DNA of 64,000 bases from Leucoraja ocellata (lineage: Eukaryota). The DNA lies in assembly GCA_036785375.1 (NCBI GenBank), contig JAWMAR010000070.1, positions 4,774,001 to 4,838,000 of the forward strand, in the 5' to 3' direction. Both the position numbers and the translations under genes were made by a program. Below, in pieces: positions 35,381 to 48,300 of this stretch. How positions within the stretch are numbered: position 1 is the stretch's first letter; each line of letters opens with the position of its first letter. A model generated the notes under the pieces. It had not been told where the DNA came from. It did no database searches and saw only the letters and a program-made list of their open reading frames with translations.

Positions 35381-38300
35381 TCCCGTAAAAATATCCACAG
35401 ATGTTCTCTGGATACTTTCAAGAGAGAGCTAGATAGGCCTCTTGACGATAGCAGAGTCAGGGGATCTGGGGAAAGGCAGGAACGGGGTACCGATTGGGGA
35501 TGATCAGCCATGATCACATTGAATGGTGGTGTTGGCTCGAGGGGCCGGATGGCCTACACCTGCACCTATTGTCTATTGTCTATTGAGTTCCACAGATTCA
35601 TCACCCTCTGACTAAAGGTTTATTGAGCAATTCTTTGCAATAATGCATCTGCAACTTACATATCAACAGTGCCTTAAAGGTGTGTAAAAGTCTTGAGATT
35701 CTTCACAGCACCATGGTCAGGTTGAATTTGGCATCGAATCACATGCTGGTTAGATATACAGCATGGAAACAGACCCTTCGGCCCACCGAGTCCATGCTGA
35801 CCATCGATCACCCGTTCACACTAGTCCCACGTCCACACACCACTTTTGCATGCACTCCCTACACATTGAGTGCAATTCGACAAGAGGGCCAATTAACCTA
35901 CAGAGCCACACGTCTTTGGGATGTGGGAGGAAGCCGGAGCACCCAGAGGAGACCCACGCTGTCACAGGGAGAACGTGCAAACTCCTTACTGATAGCGCCG
36001 GAGATCAGAATCGAACCGGGGTCTCTGGGGGCGGTTGCAGTTCCACCTACAGCTAACCCAACCCCACAAATATCACCCAGAACAAGCCTCGCCATCTCCA
36101 GTGTAGCAGTGTTACAACACAATGTGAGCAACTCACGTCAAAATAGGTTGAGAAACAGGAAGCCACAAGGAAGTACAGATGCAGTAATATCTGATAGTCT
36201 GCTCGGGTAGATTGCAACCCAATGGTGGGAACATTGAATTTTCTAGTTTTAAGTAACTAACCCTCAACAATCCTTTCCACTAACCTCCGTCCCTTTCCAC
36301 ATATATATATCCTTTCTTCCAGCTTCACATTTCATGCCTCTTCTCTCCATATCTCACAGCCTTTTATCTTCTTTCCATCTCAGGCCTTCATCCACCCATC
36401 AGCCAATAACCCTCCCTCCCTCACCTGTATCCACCTATCACTTGCCAGGCATCATCCTTCCCCCACCTCTCTCCCAGCTCTCTCCCCCCTACCACAATCA
36501 GCCTGAAGAAGGGTCCCAACCCAAAACGTCACCTATCCATGTTCTCTGGAGATGCTGCCTGGCCCATTTACTCCAGCATTACATGTCTGTTTTTGAGAAA
36601 TAGGAAGTTGTGAAGTTGATAAGAAGATTTGAACATCAGTGTAAATATTTTGAAACCAAGTCATTGGTTCTTCGGGTTAGGGTTGTTATGACTATACAGG
36701 GTGGGTTATCAGGTCTGTGAGGTGTGGAGAACTATGGTCAAGTCCAAATCCACCCACGTGTCACATTGCCAGGGTGAGTGGGGCAGAGCAGGGCGGGGCA
36801 CTGGCACCGGCGTTAAACTCATAGTCATACAGCACTGAAACAGGCCCTTCTTCCCAACTTGACCATGCTGACCAAACTGCCCACCTGCACTAGTTTAGTA
36901 TAGAGGTACAGCGTGGAAACTGGCCCTTCGGCCCACCGAGTCCGCACCAAACAGCAATCCCCACACATTAACACTATCCTACACGCACTAGGGACTATTT
37001 ACACTTATTCCAAGCCAACTAACCTACAAACCTATACGTTTTTGGAGTGTGGAAGGAAACTGAAGATCTCGGAGAAAACCCAGGTGGTCACATGGAGAAC
37101 GTACAAACTACATACAGACAGCACCCGTAGTCGGGATCAAACCCGACTGTAAGCGCTGTAAGTCAGCAGCTCTACCACTGTTCCACCGTGCTGCCCTAGT
37201 CCACTAGTCCCACTTGCCCCCGTTTGACCCATCTCCTCTTATATCGGTAAATATCCAGTGTTTACCTTCAGCCCCGAGGTAGTGTCTCGGCCAGAATACA
37301 AACATACACTTTTTGCCTTCACAGATGCTGCTTGACCCGTTGAGTTTTTCAGGTGTTCTGCCTATTGTTCCAGATTCTAGTATATGCAATCTCCTTTATC
37401 TTCTCCCCTCACACAACCCTAATCCTACCTCAACAATATTATCTCACAGAAGCTGATGGGTACATGGAAGGAGCATGTCCAGAGGAGCTAGTGGAGACTG
37501 GTACTAGTAACAACATTGAAAAGCATTAGGACAAGGTACGTGGATAGGAAAGGTTTGTAGGGACCGGGGTCAAATGCAGGCCTGGTTTTTACAGTGGCAC
37601 AGCAGTAGAGTTGCTGCCTTACATTGTATAACAGCGCCAGATACCCGGGTTCAATCCTGGCTACAGGTGCTTGTCTGTACATAGTCTGCACTTTCTCCTA
37701 GTGACCTGCGTGGGTTTTCTCCGAGAACTTCAGTTTCCTCCCACACTCCAAAGACGTACAGGTTTGTAGGTTAATTAGGTTGGTGTAAATGTAAACATTT
37801 GTGTTAATGTGCGGGGATCACTGGACGGTGCAGACACACTGGGCCGGAGGGCTTGTTTCCCCACTGTATCTCTAAACTAAACTAAAGAGGGACCAGCGTA
37901 CATGGGACATCTTGATCGGCATTGGGCAAGCTGTTTCCCTGCTGTATCACTCTATGATTTTATGAATCACATCCTCAAACTCAGCTTTACCCGGTCTCCG
38001 ATGCTCAAGTATTTGAATTGTCTTTCAAGGAGTTTATCTGGTGACGTGAGTTGACATCAGTTCGCATTTGACAATAGACAACAGACAATAGGTGCAGGGA
38101 GTAGGCCATTCAGCCCTTCGAGCCAGCATCACCATTCAATGTGATCATGGCTGATCATCCACAATCCCCGTTCCTGCCTTCTCCCCTTATCCCCTGACTC
38201 TGCTATCTTTAAGAGCCCTATCTAGCTCACTCTTGAAAGTGTCCAGAGAACCGGCATCCACCGCTCTCTGAGGCAGAGAATTCCACAGACTCACAACTCA

Positions 38301-38617
38301 CTGGGTGATAAAGTGTTTCCTCATCTCCGTTCCGTTGGTGTCTTATTTCTCCTGGGTAACGTTTCAACAGATGAGAAGCTGAGGAAGGCAGGACAAATTA
38401 GTGACGCGCATTTTGTGGTGGGTAAACAGATCACAAGTTCACACGTTCCAGGAGTAGAATTTGGCCATTTGGCCCATCCAGTCTACTCCGCCATTCAAAC
38501 ATGGCTGATCTCTGCCTCCTAATCCCATACAAGTTCAGACACAGTGTGCCCGCATTTGGGGGAGGGGCTTGAGGGGGTGGCCAAGGGAATGTTTGCGGTG
38601 GTGGACAGAGCGCCAGT

Positions 38618-38843
38618 TGTCGGGTTATGCTTGTAATAAGGCTCGTACGACGACGTAAACAGAGTATACCTTTAATCTGTACAATAACAGCAACTGCAAC
38701 AGCCTCCTGTGTAAGCCCAGGCAACTCTCTAACTGCCCACACCCTGGGTTCCAGTCACATCCGGTTACTGGAGCCTGGCTTCTGGCACACAGGATCCTAG
38801 TGCCCCTCTGCTCAGCCTTACACTATTATTGCATAATACCACA
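38618..38843 (-). repeat. Gypsy 3' LTR
   Basis: Direct repeat of 41733..41956; preceded on the minus strand by purine tract AAAGAAATGGAGA. Confidence 0.92.
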
Positions 38844-39082
38844 TCTCCATTTCTTTGAGAACAAAGGGTGGACTACCTTTGTCTCTGCAGGTCTTAAGGG
38901 GTTTATTCTGCCCTTTTGCTGGAAGACCTGTCCCTGATCTAAGCATGCAAAATAGAAATAAAATAACTTACACGTTACCATACTGTGAACTATTCTTTCA
39001 GGTTTCAGGTAAATGTAACAGGTTTACAGAACAATTTCACATCACATTTCACTCTCTCTTTTTCTTTATTGTAGAAAACAGA

Positions 39083-41635
39083 TCAATAAATCACAAATCG
39101 TCTCTTCGGCTTTCTAACCTCTCTCCCACACCTAGTCCGCACAGTCTCTGTGGTGGGGCCCTCTCCGCTGGGTGATGCTGTCACTGGTGGAGCTGGGTCT
39201 GGTGGAGCAGGCTCTTCTCCCACCGGTGGCTCATCAGCGTCGACTACCTCACTGTTGGTCTGCAGCGGCACCAAGTGCTGCCGGTTCCTCCTCAGTGTGC
39301 CCTGAGGCACCTGGACGATATAAGAGCGAGGGGTATTGTGTGTAGATAGCACTTTGCCCTGGACTCGTGCATCGGTGATCCACACATCCTCCCCAGGTAT
39401 TAGTGGCTCCAGATTTCTCGCTCCGTGCCTCTTGTCAAAGGATCTTGCGTCGTTCCACCTCTTCTCCCTTTCTTTGGCCCCCAGCGCGTTGTAGTCAGGC
39501 AAAACTGGATTCAGCAGGGTTGGAAGGGCAGGAACTGTAGTGCGGAGGCGGCGCCCCATCAACAGCTCGGCCGGGCTATAGCCGTTCCGTAGAGGGGTTG
39601 CTCTGTAGGCCAGCAATGCAAGATATGGGTCTGACGCCTTTGTTAGCAGGTTTTTCACGGTTTGTACAGCGCGTTCCGCCTCCCCATTGCTCTGAGGAAA
39701 CCTGGGGCTGCTCGTGATGTGCATAAAGCCATACTCTGCTGCAAAGGATTTAAAGTGGCTACCTGAGAACTGGGGCCCATTGTCACTTTTAAGAAATTCA
39801 CAAATTCCATGACGAGCAAATATGGATTTCAGGTGCACCACCACATCTGTGGACCTTGTGGGTGATAGCAGCGCAACTTCCACATATCTTGAGAAATAAT
39901 CTACGACTAGCAGATAAGTCTTGTTTTTCAGCGTGAATAGGTCAGCTCCCAAGGTTTGCCAAGGCCTGTCTGGCATCTCCGTTGGCATCAGCGGCTCTTT
40001 GACGTTCCTTCGCTCTTGGATGCAGGTTCTACATTTCAGCACCATGTCATTCAGCTGGCTGCTGAGTCCTGGCCACCATACCGTCTGTTTGGCCCGGCCC
40101 CTGCACTTTGTCACCCCCAGGTGTCCTTCGTGTAGTCTCTGCAGCACATCACCTTGTAAGGCTGATGGGATGACGAGCCTCGTGCCCCGCAGCAGCAGCC
40201 CATCGTGCACAGTCAACACTGCTCTATCAGCCCAGTAATGTCTCAGCACTCCCTGCAGTTGGCTTTTGTCGGGCCAGCCGTCTGTGCAGTACTCCATCAG
40301 TGCAGAGCATGTGCTGTCTGCCTGCAGGTGCTCACGTAGGCTGCTCAGATAATCTCCACTGACAGGAATGTTGCTGATGACAGAGTCTACATAGATGTTG
40401 GTGTCCTCTGATCCCAAGGTGATGCCGTCAACCCTGCACACAAGCTGAAGCCTTTCTATGGCAGGTCTTCCCAACAGTGCAGTGTGGAGGTCTTTTACTA
40501 CATAAATGTCCTCTATGGCTGTCTTGTTGCCTCTGCGCAGTGTTTCTCTGGCTACGCCCAGGACAGAGAGTGCATTGCCCTCTGGCCCAAACAATGGGCG
40601 TGTCGACACTGCCAGGTGCTTCACATCATGCCCCCCTATAATGTCATGGTACACCTCCGCTGGCATGGCGGTGACATCAGCACCAGGGTCTATTTTAAAG
40701 CACACTTTTGTTTGTCTCACTTGTAGCTGCACCGTCCACGGGTCTTTTCCAGCATCCACGGATCCCAGGAAAAAGCTCTCTTCTTCCTCTGTAGTGACAG
40801 CATTGAGAGATTTTGCACTGTATCTGCACACTGTGCCATAATGTCCCTTTTTGCCACAGTTGTGACACACAGCATCTTTAGCAGGGCATTCCAATTTTCC
40901 ATGCGAGGGCATTTTTCCACATCTATAGCAGGCCTTTGAACCTGGCTGTGGCTGTGTATTAAATTTATTTTTGCCTGGTGTTTGTGCTTGTGGCTGAGGC
41001 TTTGAGGGAAATTTGGGTTTTCTGTAGCTTTTATCATGCAAAGCATCAACATTTGAGCACTTGCTAGCACCGCTATTCTCTCCTCTTAAGTCAGACCGCT
41101 GTCGTCTAACTTCTTCAGACTGCCTTGTCTTTGTTATAGCAGTTTCAAGGGTTAGGTCTCTGTCTAGCTGTAGCTTTTCTGACAATGAGACGTTTCTCAG
41201 CCCGACCACCAACCTGTCGCGGATCAGCTCGTTCTGTAACTGTTCATAGTTGCAGTGTTCAGCTAATCCGTATAGAGCAGTGATGAAGGAATCCACCGTT
41301 TCTCCTGGCAGTTGCACACGCTGATTGAACTTGGCTCTTTCGTAGATTACATTCTTTTTAGGTACAAAAAATGCATCAAAGCCTGCCTTGACATCCGTGT
41401 ACACCCTCCTCTCATCTGCAGTTAGCGTTAGCCCCTTTAGCACATCATCTGCTTCATCGCCCATGCAATACACTAATGTGTTCACCTGGTTTTCTGCCGA
41501 CGTCGCGTTTAAATTGCTTGCAAGCCGAAAGCGGTCGAATCTCCTGATCCAACTCTCCCAGTCTTGAGGCTTGGTAAAATCGAATGGCTTTGGAGGTTGT
41601 ATTGTGAACGTAGCAGTTGGTGTAGGTTGCTCCAT
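39083..41635 (-). CDS. Gypsy gag-protease-integrase polyprotein (~850 aa from MEQPTPT)
   Basis: Two Zn knuckles (CYRCGKMPSHGKLEC, CHNCGKKGHYGTVC), protease KIDPGADVT, integrase HEGHLG..C..C, DLF/DYFS/SDNGPQF/EAERAV; no YxDD motif. Confidence 0.9.
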   Translation of the reverse strand: MEQPTPTATFTIQPPKPFDFTKPQDWESWIRRFDRFRLASNLNATSAENQVNTLVYCMGDEADDVLKGLTLTADERRVYTDVKAGFDAFFVPKKNVIYERAKFNQRVQLPGETVDSFITALYGLAEHCNYEQLQNELIRDRLVVGLRNVSLSEKLQLDRDLTLETAITKTRQSEEVRRQRSDLRGENSGASKCSNVDALHDKSYRKPKFPSKPQPQAQTPGKNKFNTQPQPGSKACYRCGKMPSHGKLECPAKDAVCHNCGKKGHYGTVCRYSAKSLNAVTTEEEESFFLGSVDAGKDPWTVQLQVRQTKVCFKIDPGADVTAMPAEVYHDIIGGHDVKHLAVSTRPLFGPEGNALSVLGVARETLRRGNKTAIEDIYVVKDLHTALLGRPAIERLQLVCRVDGITLGSEDTNIYVDSVISNIPVSGDYLSSLREHLQADSTCSALMEYCTDGWPDKSQLQGVLRHYWADRAVLTVHDGLLLRGTRLVIPSALQGDVLQRLHEGHLGVTKCRGRAKQTVWWPGLSSQLNDMVLKCRTCIQERRNVKEPLMPTEMPDRPWQTLGADLFTLKNKTYLLVVDYFSRYVEVALLSPTRSTDVVVHLKSIFARHGICEFLKSDNGPQFSGSHFKSFAAEYGFMHITSSPRFPQSNGEAERAVQTVKNLLTKASDPYLALLAYRATPLRNGYSPAELLMGRRLRTTVPALPTLLNPVLPDYNALGAKEREKRWNDARSFDKRHGARNLEPLIPGEDVWITDARVQGKVLSTHNTPRSYIVQVPQGTLRRNRQHLVPLQTNSEVVDADEPPVGEEPAPPDPAPPVTASPSGEGPTTETVRTRCGREVRKPKRRFVIY

Positions 41636-41714
41636 ATCTGCCAGCTCGTCTCCTATTTCCCACCAAAACGATACACCGTCCTCTTCTTCTTTATTTATTT
41701 TCTTGCTTACAAGT

Positions 41715-41732
41715 CTCCCAGTTCTGGCACCA
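41715..41732 (-). promoter_or_regulatory. Primer-binding site, tRNA-Leu-like
   Basis: TGGTGCCAGAACTGGGAG resembles the complement of the tRNA-Leu(CAA) 3' end (TGGTGTCAGAAGTGGGAT). Confidence 0.6.
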
Positions 41733-41956
41733 TGTCGAGTTATGCTTGTAATAAGGCTCGTACCACGACGTAAACAGAGTATACCTTTAATCTGTATAAT
41801 AACAGCAACTGCAACAGCCTCCTGTGTAAGCCCAGGCAACTCTCTAACTGCCCACACCCTGGGTTCCAGTCACATCCGGTTACCGGAGCCTGGCTTCTGG
41901 CACACAGGGTCCTAGTGCCCCTCTGCTCAGCTTTACACTATTATTGCATAATACCA
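41733..41956 (-). repeat. Gypsy 5' LTR
   Basis: Direct repeat; followed on the minus strand by PBS-like TGGTGCCAGAACTGGGA. Confidence 0.92.
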
Positions 41957-42233
41957 CCAGTCAAGCGGGCAAACGTCACCAGGATGAAGCAGAGCTTCGA
42001 GGAGATGCTCCAATCCAGGCAACTGGAGAGTGTTGTAGCCCACTCCTGATAGGGGCATTGTCCGTGGTGAGGAGGCTGGGGGAGGTGACAAGTGAGTCAC
42101 CAAGTTAGTCTTGAACCACTGCAAAGTCGTTTCCTGTGTAAACGGAAATTGACTGTTTGACTTCAGTTGTGAATGAGGAAGAGGACAACTCAAACGCAGT
42201 GCAGGGACCAAACCGATCCAACGTAGCCGAGAC

Positions 42234-42330
42234 ATGGCGGTGGGACAGGGAGAATTCACCCACCAGAGACGGCCCAGATCCAGGGGAACAGTCGCTCTGT
42301 TGGTTCTTGTCGCTGTTGGTCTCACATCAG
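42234..42330 (+). CDS. Gene 3 leader exon MAVGQGEFTHQRRPRSRGTVALLVLVAVGLTS
   Basis: ATG, hydrophobic core, CAG|GTAAAT. Confidence 0.8.
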
Positions 42331-45300
42331 GTAAATCGTTGTTTTACAAAATGCTCTGTTCTTTAGAATTATTTACCAACGCCTTGAATTATTTGTAACC
42401 ACAGACCTCTCTGTACTGTGTGGGGAGCTGATGATGAATTGCTCAACACTCGTTAGTTCCTGTAGAGACTTCCATCAGCGGTTGTTGTCGTGTTGTGTGC
42501 AGCCAAGTCGCACACAGCTAGCTCCCTGTGGAGAAGGGAGATAACTATCTACAGCTTGCCTTGCCTTGTGGACCTCATTGAAACTTACTGAATAGTGAAA
42601 GGCATGGATAGAGTGGATGGGGTGAGGATGTTTACACTAGTGGAAGAGTCTAGGACCAGAGGTCGCAGCTTCAGAGTTAAAGGGCGTTGCTTTAGGAAGG
42701 AGATGAGGAGGAATTTCTTGAGACAGAAACTGTGGAATTCATTGCCACAGACTGTGGAAGCCATCAATAGGTATTTCTAAGGCTGAGATGGATAGATTCT
42801 TGATCAGTACTGGTGTCAGGAGTCCTCGGGAGAAGGCAGGAGGATTTAGTTGAGAGGGAAAGATAGAGCAGCCATAATTGAATGGAGGAGAGTAGACTTG
42901 ATGGGCCAAATGACCTAATTCTGCTCCTAGTACTAATGAACTTATGATCTGTTCTTCTGAATTATTTGCCAGCACCTTGAATTATTTTGAGCCACAGATT
43001 AGACTACTGGGCTACGAACTGCTAAAGATAAAATGCTTGCAGACTTGTTCTTCCCTGCACTAATGACTGTTGTGATGCTGTGTGCTCAGTGACTTGACTG
43101 CAGATCAGCTAAATGCATTACCCCTTCCATATCGCTTCACTTCCTCCCTCTCTGACTGTGGGTCTGAAGAAAGGTCTCGACCCGAAACGTCAGCCATTAC
43201 TTCTCTCCAGAGATGCCCCCTGACCCGCTGCGTTACTCCAGCATTTAGTGTCTATCAAAGACACACGGCACTCCCTCCACGCACTGCAATGGGAAATGTT
43301 GAACCTAAACCTTAGCACATTCAAAGAAAAAACCTGTGAAAGCCAGCCAATGGGAACAGGCGGGCATCTCAAATGAGGAAGCACCAGAGTGACTGTCCAA
43401 TTTAGCATTTGGAGAAGTTGTGGTAATCTCTCCCTTCTGAGAAAAACCAGCTGCCTTACAACAGACTCTGCTGCTCGAGCTGTTCTACACACTTTGCTTT
43501 CCCCAGCCTCTGAGTTCTCCTTCAAGGCATTTGTCTTGTGGCTTGTGAGCCGACCTGGACTGATGTGATGATGTGTCTCCACCCCAGCTCCTGAATCTGC
43601 AGAGTTTCACATGTGTTAGAGTCATAGAGTGATACAGTGTGGAAACAGGCCCTTCAGCCCAACTTGCCCACACCGCCCAACATGTCTCAGCAACAGTAGT
43701 CCCACCTGTCCACGTTTGATCCATGTACCTTCAAACCTGTCCTATCCATGTATCCAAAGGGTCCCACCCTCTCCGGAGACTAAGAAAAGCAGGTCTCCCT
43801 ACTGTTCACCTAAGGACCTTCTACAGGGGCACTATCGAGAGTATACTAACCCACTGCATCACTTCCTGGTTTGGGAGCTGCAAGGCTTATGAACAAAAAC
43901 AACTTAACAGGATAGTGAAGACAGCCAGTAGGATCATTGGTGCTCCACTCCCTTTCCTGTTGGAGATCTATCAGAAACGTAACATCAGCAGAGCCATCTC
44001 CATTATCAAGGACCCCTATCATCCATCACATCACATCTTCTCCATTCTGCCATCTGGGAAGAGGTACAGGAGCATCAGCTGCAAAACCAGCAGGATGCTA
44101 CACAGCTTCTTCCCACAGGCAATAAGACTGGTTAACGGACTGTGTCCCCTCCCCATACATCATACACCAACACATCTAACCTCGCCCATACTTTGACAGC
44201 TAGGCACCTGTCAAAGCAAAGCCACTGTTCGGTCTGAATGCCTGTTTTTATTTCAATTTTTAGGCCTATTTTAGATATGTTAATTTTAATTTTAAATCTA
44301 TATGTATTTATTCTGTTTTTATTAACTGCACTGACGGGAACTGATTGAGAAACAAGTTTAAGTTTCTTCTGTGTATGCAAGTTAAAATGACATTAAAGTA
44401 AATACTGAATACTGAATACCCAGGGCCGGCCTTAAGCCGATTGGACCGATTGCTCCCAATTGTACCCCGCGAGTAAGGGGGCCCCGCGCCAGTGTAATCT
44501 ACTCTCGACGGGTAGATCTACCCCGGGTGGAGAGAGAGTAGAGGGGTGGAGGGGGAAGAAGGGGGTAGACGGGGAGGTGGGTGTGAGGGGGAATGGAGAA
44601 GGGGGAGAGGGGAGGTGGGTCGTTCGCTCACGGCAGCACTCCTGCCCCTCCAGTCGCCGTGCTTCACGCACACAGCCCCGGCTCCACCCCTCTCTCTCCC
44701 CGGGGAGAGGCGGTGAACAATACACGGAGGGCTGGGCCGGGGGTTGGGGCATCGTATACAAACATCGGCCTCAACTCACACCCGTCTGCCCGTACCCCGG
44801 CATCCCTCTCCCTCCCTTCTCTCCTTCCCTCCCTCCTTCCGCTCTTTTCCTTTCTCTCATTCAGTCCATCACGTCTTTCTCTACTTCCCTCCCTCCCTCC
44901 CACACACACACACGATGCACAGACAACTAACACACACAACTAAGTTAAGATGGGGTAGAAACCTTTTCACCCACAGAGTTGTGAATCTGTAGAATTCTCT
45001 ACCACAGAGGGCAGTGGAGGCCAATTCACTGGATGTATTCAAGAGAGAGTTAGATTTAGCTCTTAGGGCTAATGGAATCATGGGATCACGGGAGCAAGCA
45101 GAACTGGGCAGTGCCGGCTCGAAGGGCCGAATCGTCTCCTCCTGCGCCTATTTTCTATGTTTATATGTTTCTATGAATCGTCATCTATCCACTTTCTCCA
45201 GAGATAGTTCCTGTCCAGTTTAAGGTTGTGACCTCAATAAGGGGTAGGCCATTGAGGACTCAGATGAGGAAATATCTTTTCACCCAGAGAGTTCCTCTTT

Positions 45301-48300
45301 CTCCAGAAATAGTTCCTGTCCCATTGTGTTACTCCGGCACTTTGTGTCCTTTTGTACATTAACCAGCATCTGCAGTTCCTTGTTTCTACTAGTTCAATGG
45401 GGAAGTGGGTTGTAGTGAGATTGAACACAGGGTGGGTCAGAGTGAGTGACAGGTTGGCTTCCTGTCACATGACCACCACTCTTGTCAAGCCACGCCCACA
45501 GGGAAGGAGGATCTGGGCGCCAGGTAGATTCAGAAGCAGTGTTCAAGAAGGAACTGCAGATGCTGGAAGATAGATATCGCAGTGGAGTAGACAAAGTGTT
45601 CAAGAAGGAACTCAGTTCTGCTTTCACTGGAACTTGGGGAATAATCCCGGTGAAATGGGAATTATCACCAGCGGGAAAACCATTAAAGTGCAACAGGATC
45701 TATGCAAAAGAAGAGAGACACAAAATGCTGGAGTAACTCAGCGGGACGGGCAGCGTCTCTGGAGAGAAGGAAATGGGTGTGGAATCATCACCCGTCGGTT
45801 TCTCCAGAGATGCTGCCTGTCCCGCTGAGTTACTCCAGCACTTTGTGTCTATCTTTGGTGTAAACCAGCACCTGCAGTTCCTTGCTACACATGATCTATG
45901 CGAAACCATGAACCTGTCTGAACAGCACAAATGACATGTTTTTTTATTGTTAAATCTCAGCTTGTGTTACTGCAGTGTGAGTGATCTTTCATCATTAATG
46001 TGCCAACAGGGTCAAGGGGAATAACTGAACCCGTGGAGGTGAGGGGAGAGTTGGGGCAGTCGGTCACGGTGGAATGTCAGTATGGTCAAAAATACAAAGA
46101 CAACGACAAGCTATGGAGTAAAGGTGATTATTTCCTTCCATCTTCTACCGTGGTTTCTACTGATCACCCACAACAAGGGAGAACATCGATGACTGATGAC
46201 AAAGAACAACGGATAGTTTCAGTAACCATCGACAACCTGGAGAAGAGTGATGAAGGACTCTACTGGTGTGTGATAGTAAAGGGAAAACATTCGCTCATTG
46301 AATTGGCCTCCATCTCATTGACGGTTTCTGAAGGTAAGTTGCCGATCTCCTCACTCTCCCAGATGTGAAAATTCCAGCCTGTGAATTCCCGGCCTCGGTC
46401 CTGACGGTGACTCGGTGCCACATCCCCGGGGGTCGCGGTAAGGGGGTTGGGTGGATAACTCACTTACTGGGGTCCCGGCCCGTGGGGCCACACCAAGAGC
46501 TCACTGTCCCAGGAGCAATATGGGGGGGGGACTGTCAGACACCAGCCCCACGGAAGGTCCCATCTACCGGCGGTTCTGTTGCTGACGGCTCATTTCCACG
46601 AAGACGATCGCTCCGGGACCAGAACCTCTGCCGCCCCCTCACTGGGGCAGGTGGTGGGAAACCCGGGTGGAGATAGGAGTCAATGGGGGAGGGGGCAGGT
46701 TAGTAGAAGATACTTAAAATTAGAGAACCAACGTTCAAACAGTTGGGTTGTAAACTACCTGAGCCCAATATGAGGTGCGGTTCCTCCAATTTGCATGTGG
46801 CCTCACTCTGGCAATGGAGGAGGCCCAGGACAGAAAGGTCAGTGTGGGAATGGGAAGGGACATGGACAGGGTTGGCAACCGGGAGATCAAGAATGGTCCC
46901 GACCCGAAAAGGACACCTATCCATTTTCTCCAGAGATTCTGCCTGATCCGCCGAGTTACTCCAGCACTTTGTGTCTATCTTTGGTGTAAACCAGCACCTG
47001 CAGTTCCTTGCTACACATGATCTATGCAAAACCATGAACCTGTCTGAACAGCACAAATGACATGTTTTTTATTGTTAAACCACAGCTTGTGTTACTGCAG
47101 TGTGAGTGATCTTTCATCATTAATGTGCCCACAGGGTCAAGGGGAATAACTGGATCCGAGGAGGTGAGGGGAGAGTTGGGGCAGTCGGTCACTGTGGAAT
47201 GTCAGTATGGTCAGGAATACACTGACAACAGGAAGCGATGGAGTAAAGGTGATTCTTACTGGAAATCTCATACTGTGGTTTCTACTGATGACCAACAACA
47301 AGGGAGAACATCGATGACTGATGACAAATCACAACAGATAGTTTCAATCACCATCGACAAGCTGGAGAAGAGTGATGAAGGACTCTACTGGTGTGTGACA
47401 GTAAAGAGAAACGATTCACCCATTGAATTGGCCTCCATCTCATTGACGGTTTCTGAAGGTAAGTTGACGATCTCTCCTCACTCTCCTAGATGTGAAAATT
47501 CCAGCCTGTGAATTCCCGGCCTCGGTCCTGACGGTGACTCGGTGCCACATCCCCGGGGGTCGCGGTAAGGGGGTGGGGTGGATAAGTCACTTAAGGGGTC
47601 CCGGCCCGTGGGGCCACACCAAGAGCTCACTGTCCCAGGAGCAATATGGGGGGGGGGGGGGACTGTCAGACACCAGCCCCACGGAAGGTCCCATCTACTG
47701 GCGGTTCTGTTGCTGACGGCTCATTTCCACGAAGACGATCGCTCCGGGACCAGAACCTCTGCCGCCCTCACTGGGGCAGGTGGTGGGAAACCCGGGTGGA
47801 GATAGTAGTCAATGGGGGAGGGGGCAGGTTAGTAGAAGATACTTAAAATTAGAGAACCAACGTTCAAACCGTTGGGTTGTAAACTACCTGAGCCCAATAT
47901 GAGGTGCGGTTCCTCCAATTTGCCTGTGGCCTCACTCTGGCAATGGAGGAGGCCCAGGACAGAAAGGTCAGTGTGGGAATGGGAAGGGACATGGACAGGG
48001 TTGGCAACCGGGAGATGAAGAATGGTCCCGACCCGAAAAGGACACCTATCCATTTTCTCCAGAGATTCTGCCTGATCCGCCGAGTTACTCCAGCACTTTG
48101 TGTCTATCTTTGGTTTAAACCAGCACCTGCAGTTCCTCGCTACACATGATCTATGCAAAACCATGAACCTGTCTGAACAGCGCAAATTACATGTTTTTTA
48201 TTGTTAAACCTCAGCTTGTGCTGCCGGCGGTTCTGCTGCTAGCGGCTCATTTCCCCAAAGCCGATCGCTCCGGGTCCAGAACCTCTTGCTGCAGTGTGAG

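Larger units (their letters stand above)
38618..41956 (-). mobile_element. Ty3/Gypsy LTR retrotransposon, internally deleted (no RT/RNase H)
   Basis: ~225-bp LTRs (TG...CA) at both ends; TSD CCAGT at 38613-38617 and 41957-41961; empty site in paralogous units (GCGCCAGTCAAG); PBS and PPT present. Confidence 0.95.

Noticed and set aside
41636-41857. N-terminal 74 aa of the 924-aa Gypsy ORF
   Set aside because: Starts at GTG inside the LTR and crosses the PBS; the likely start is the ATG at 41635
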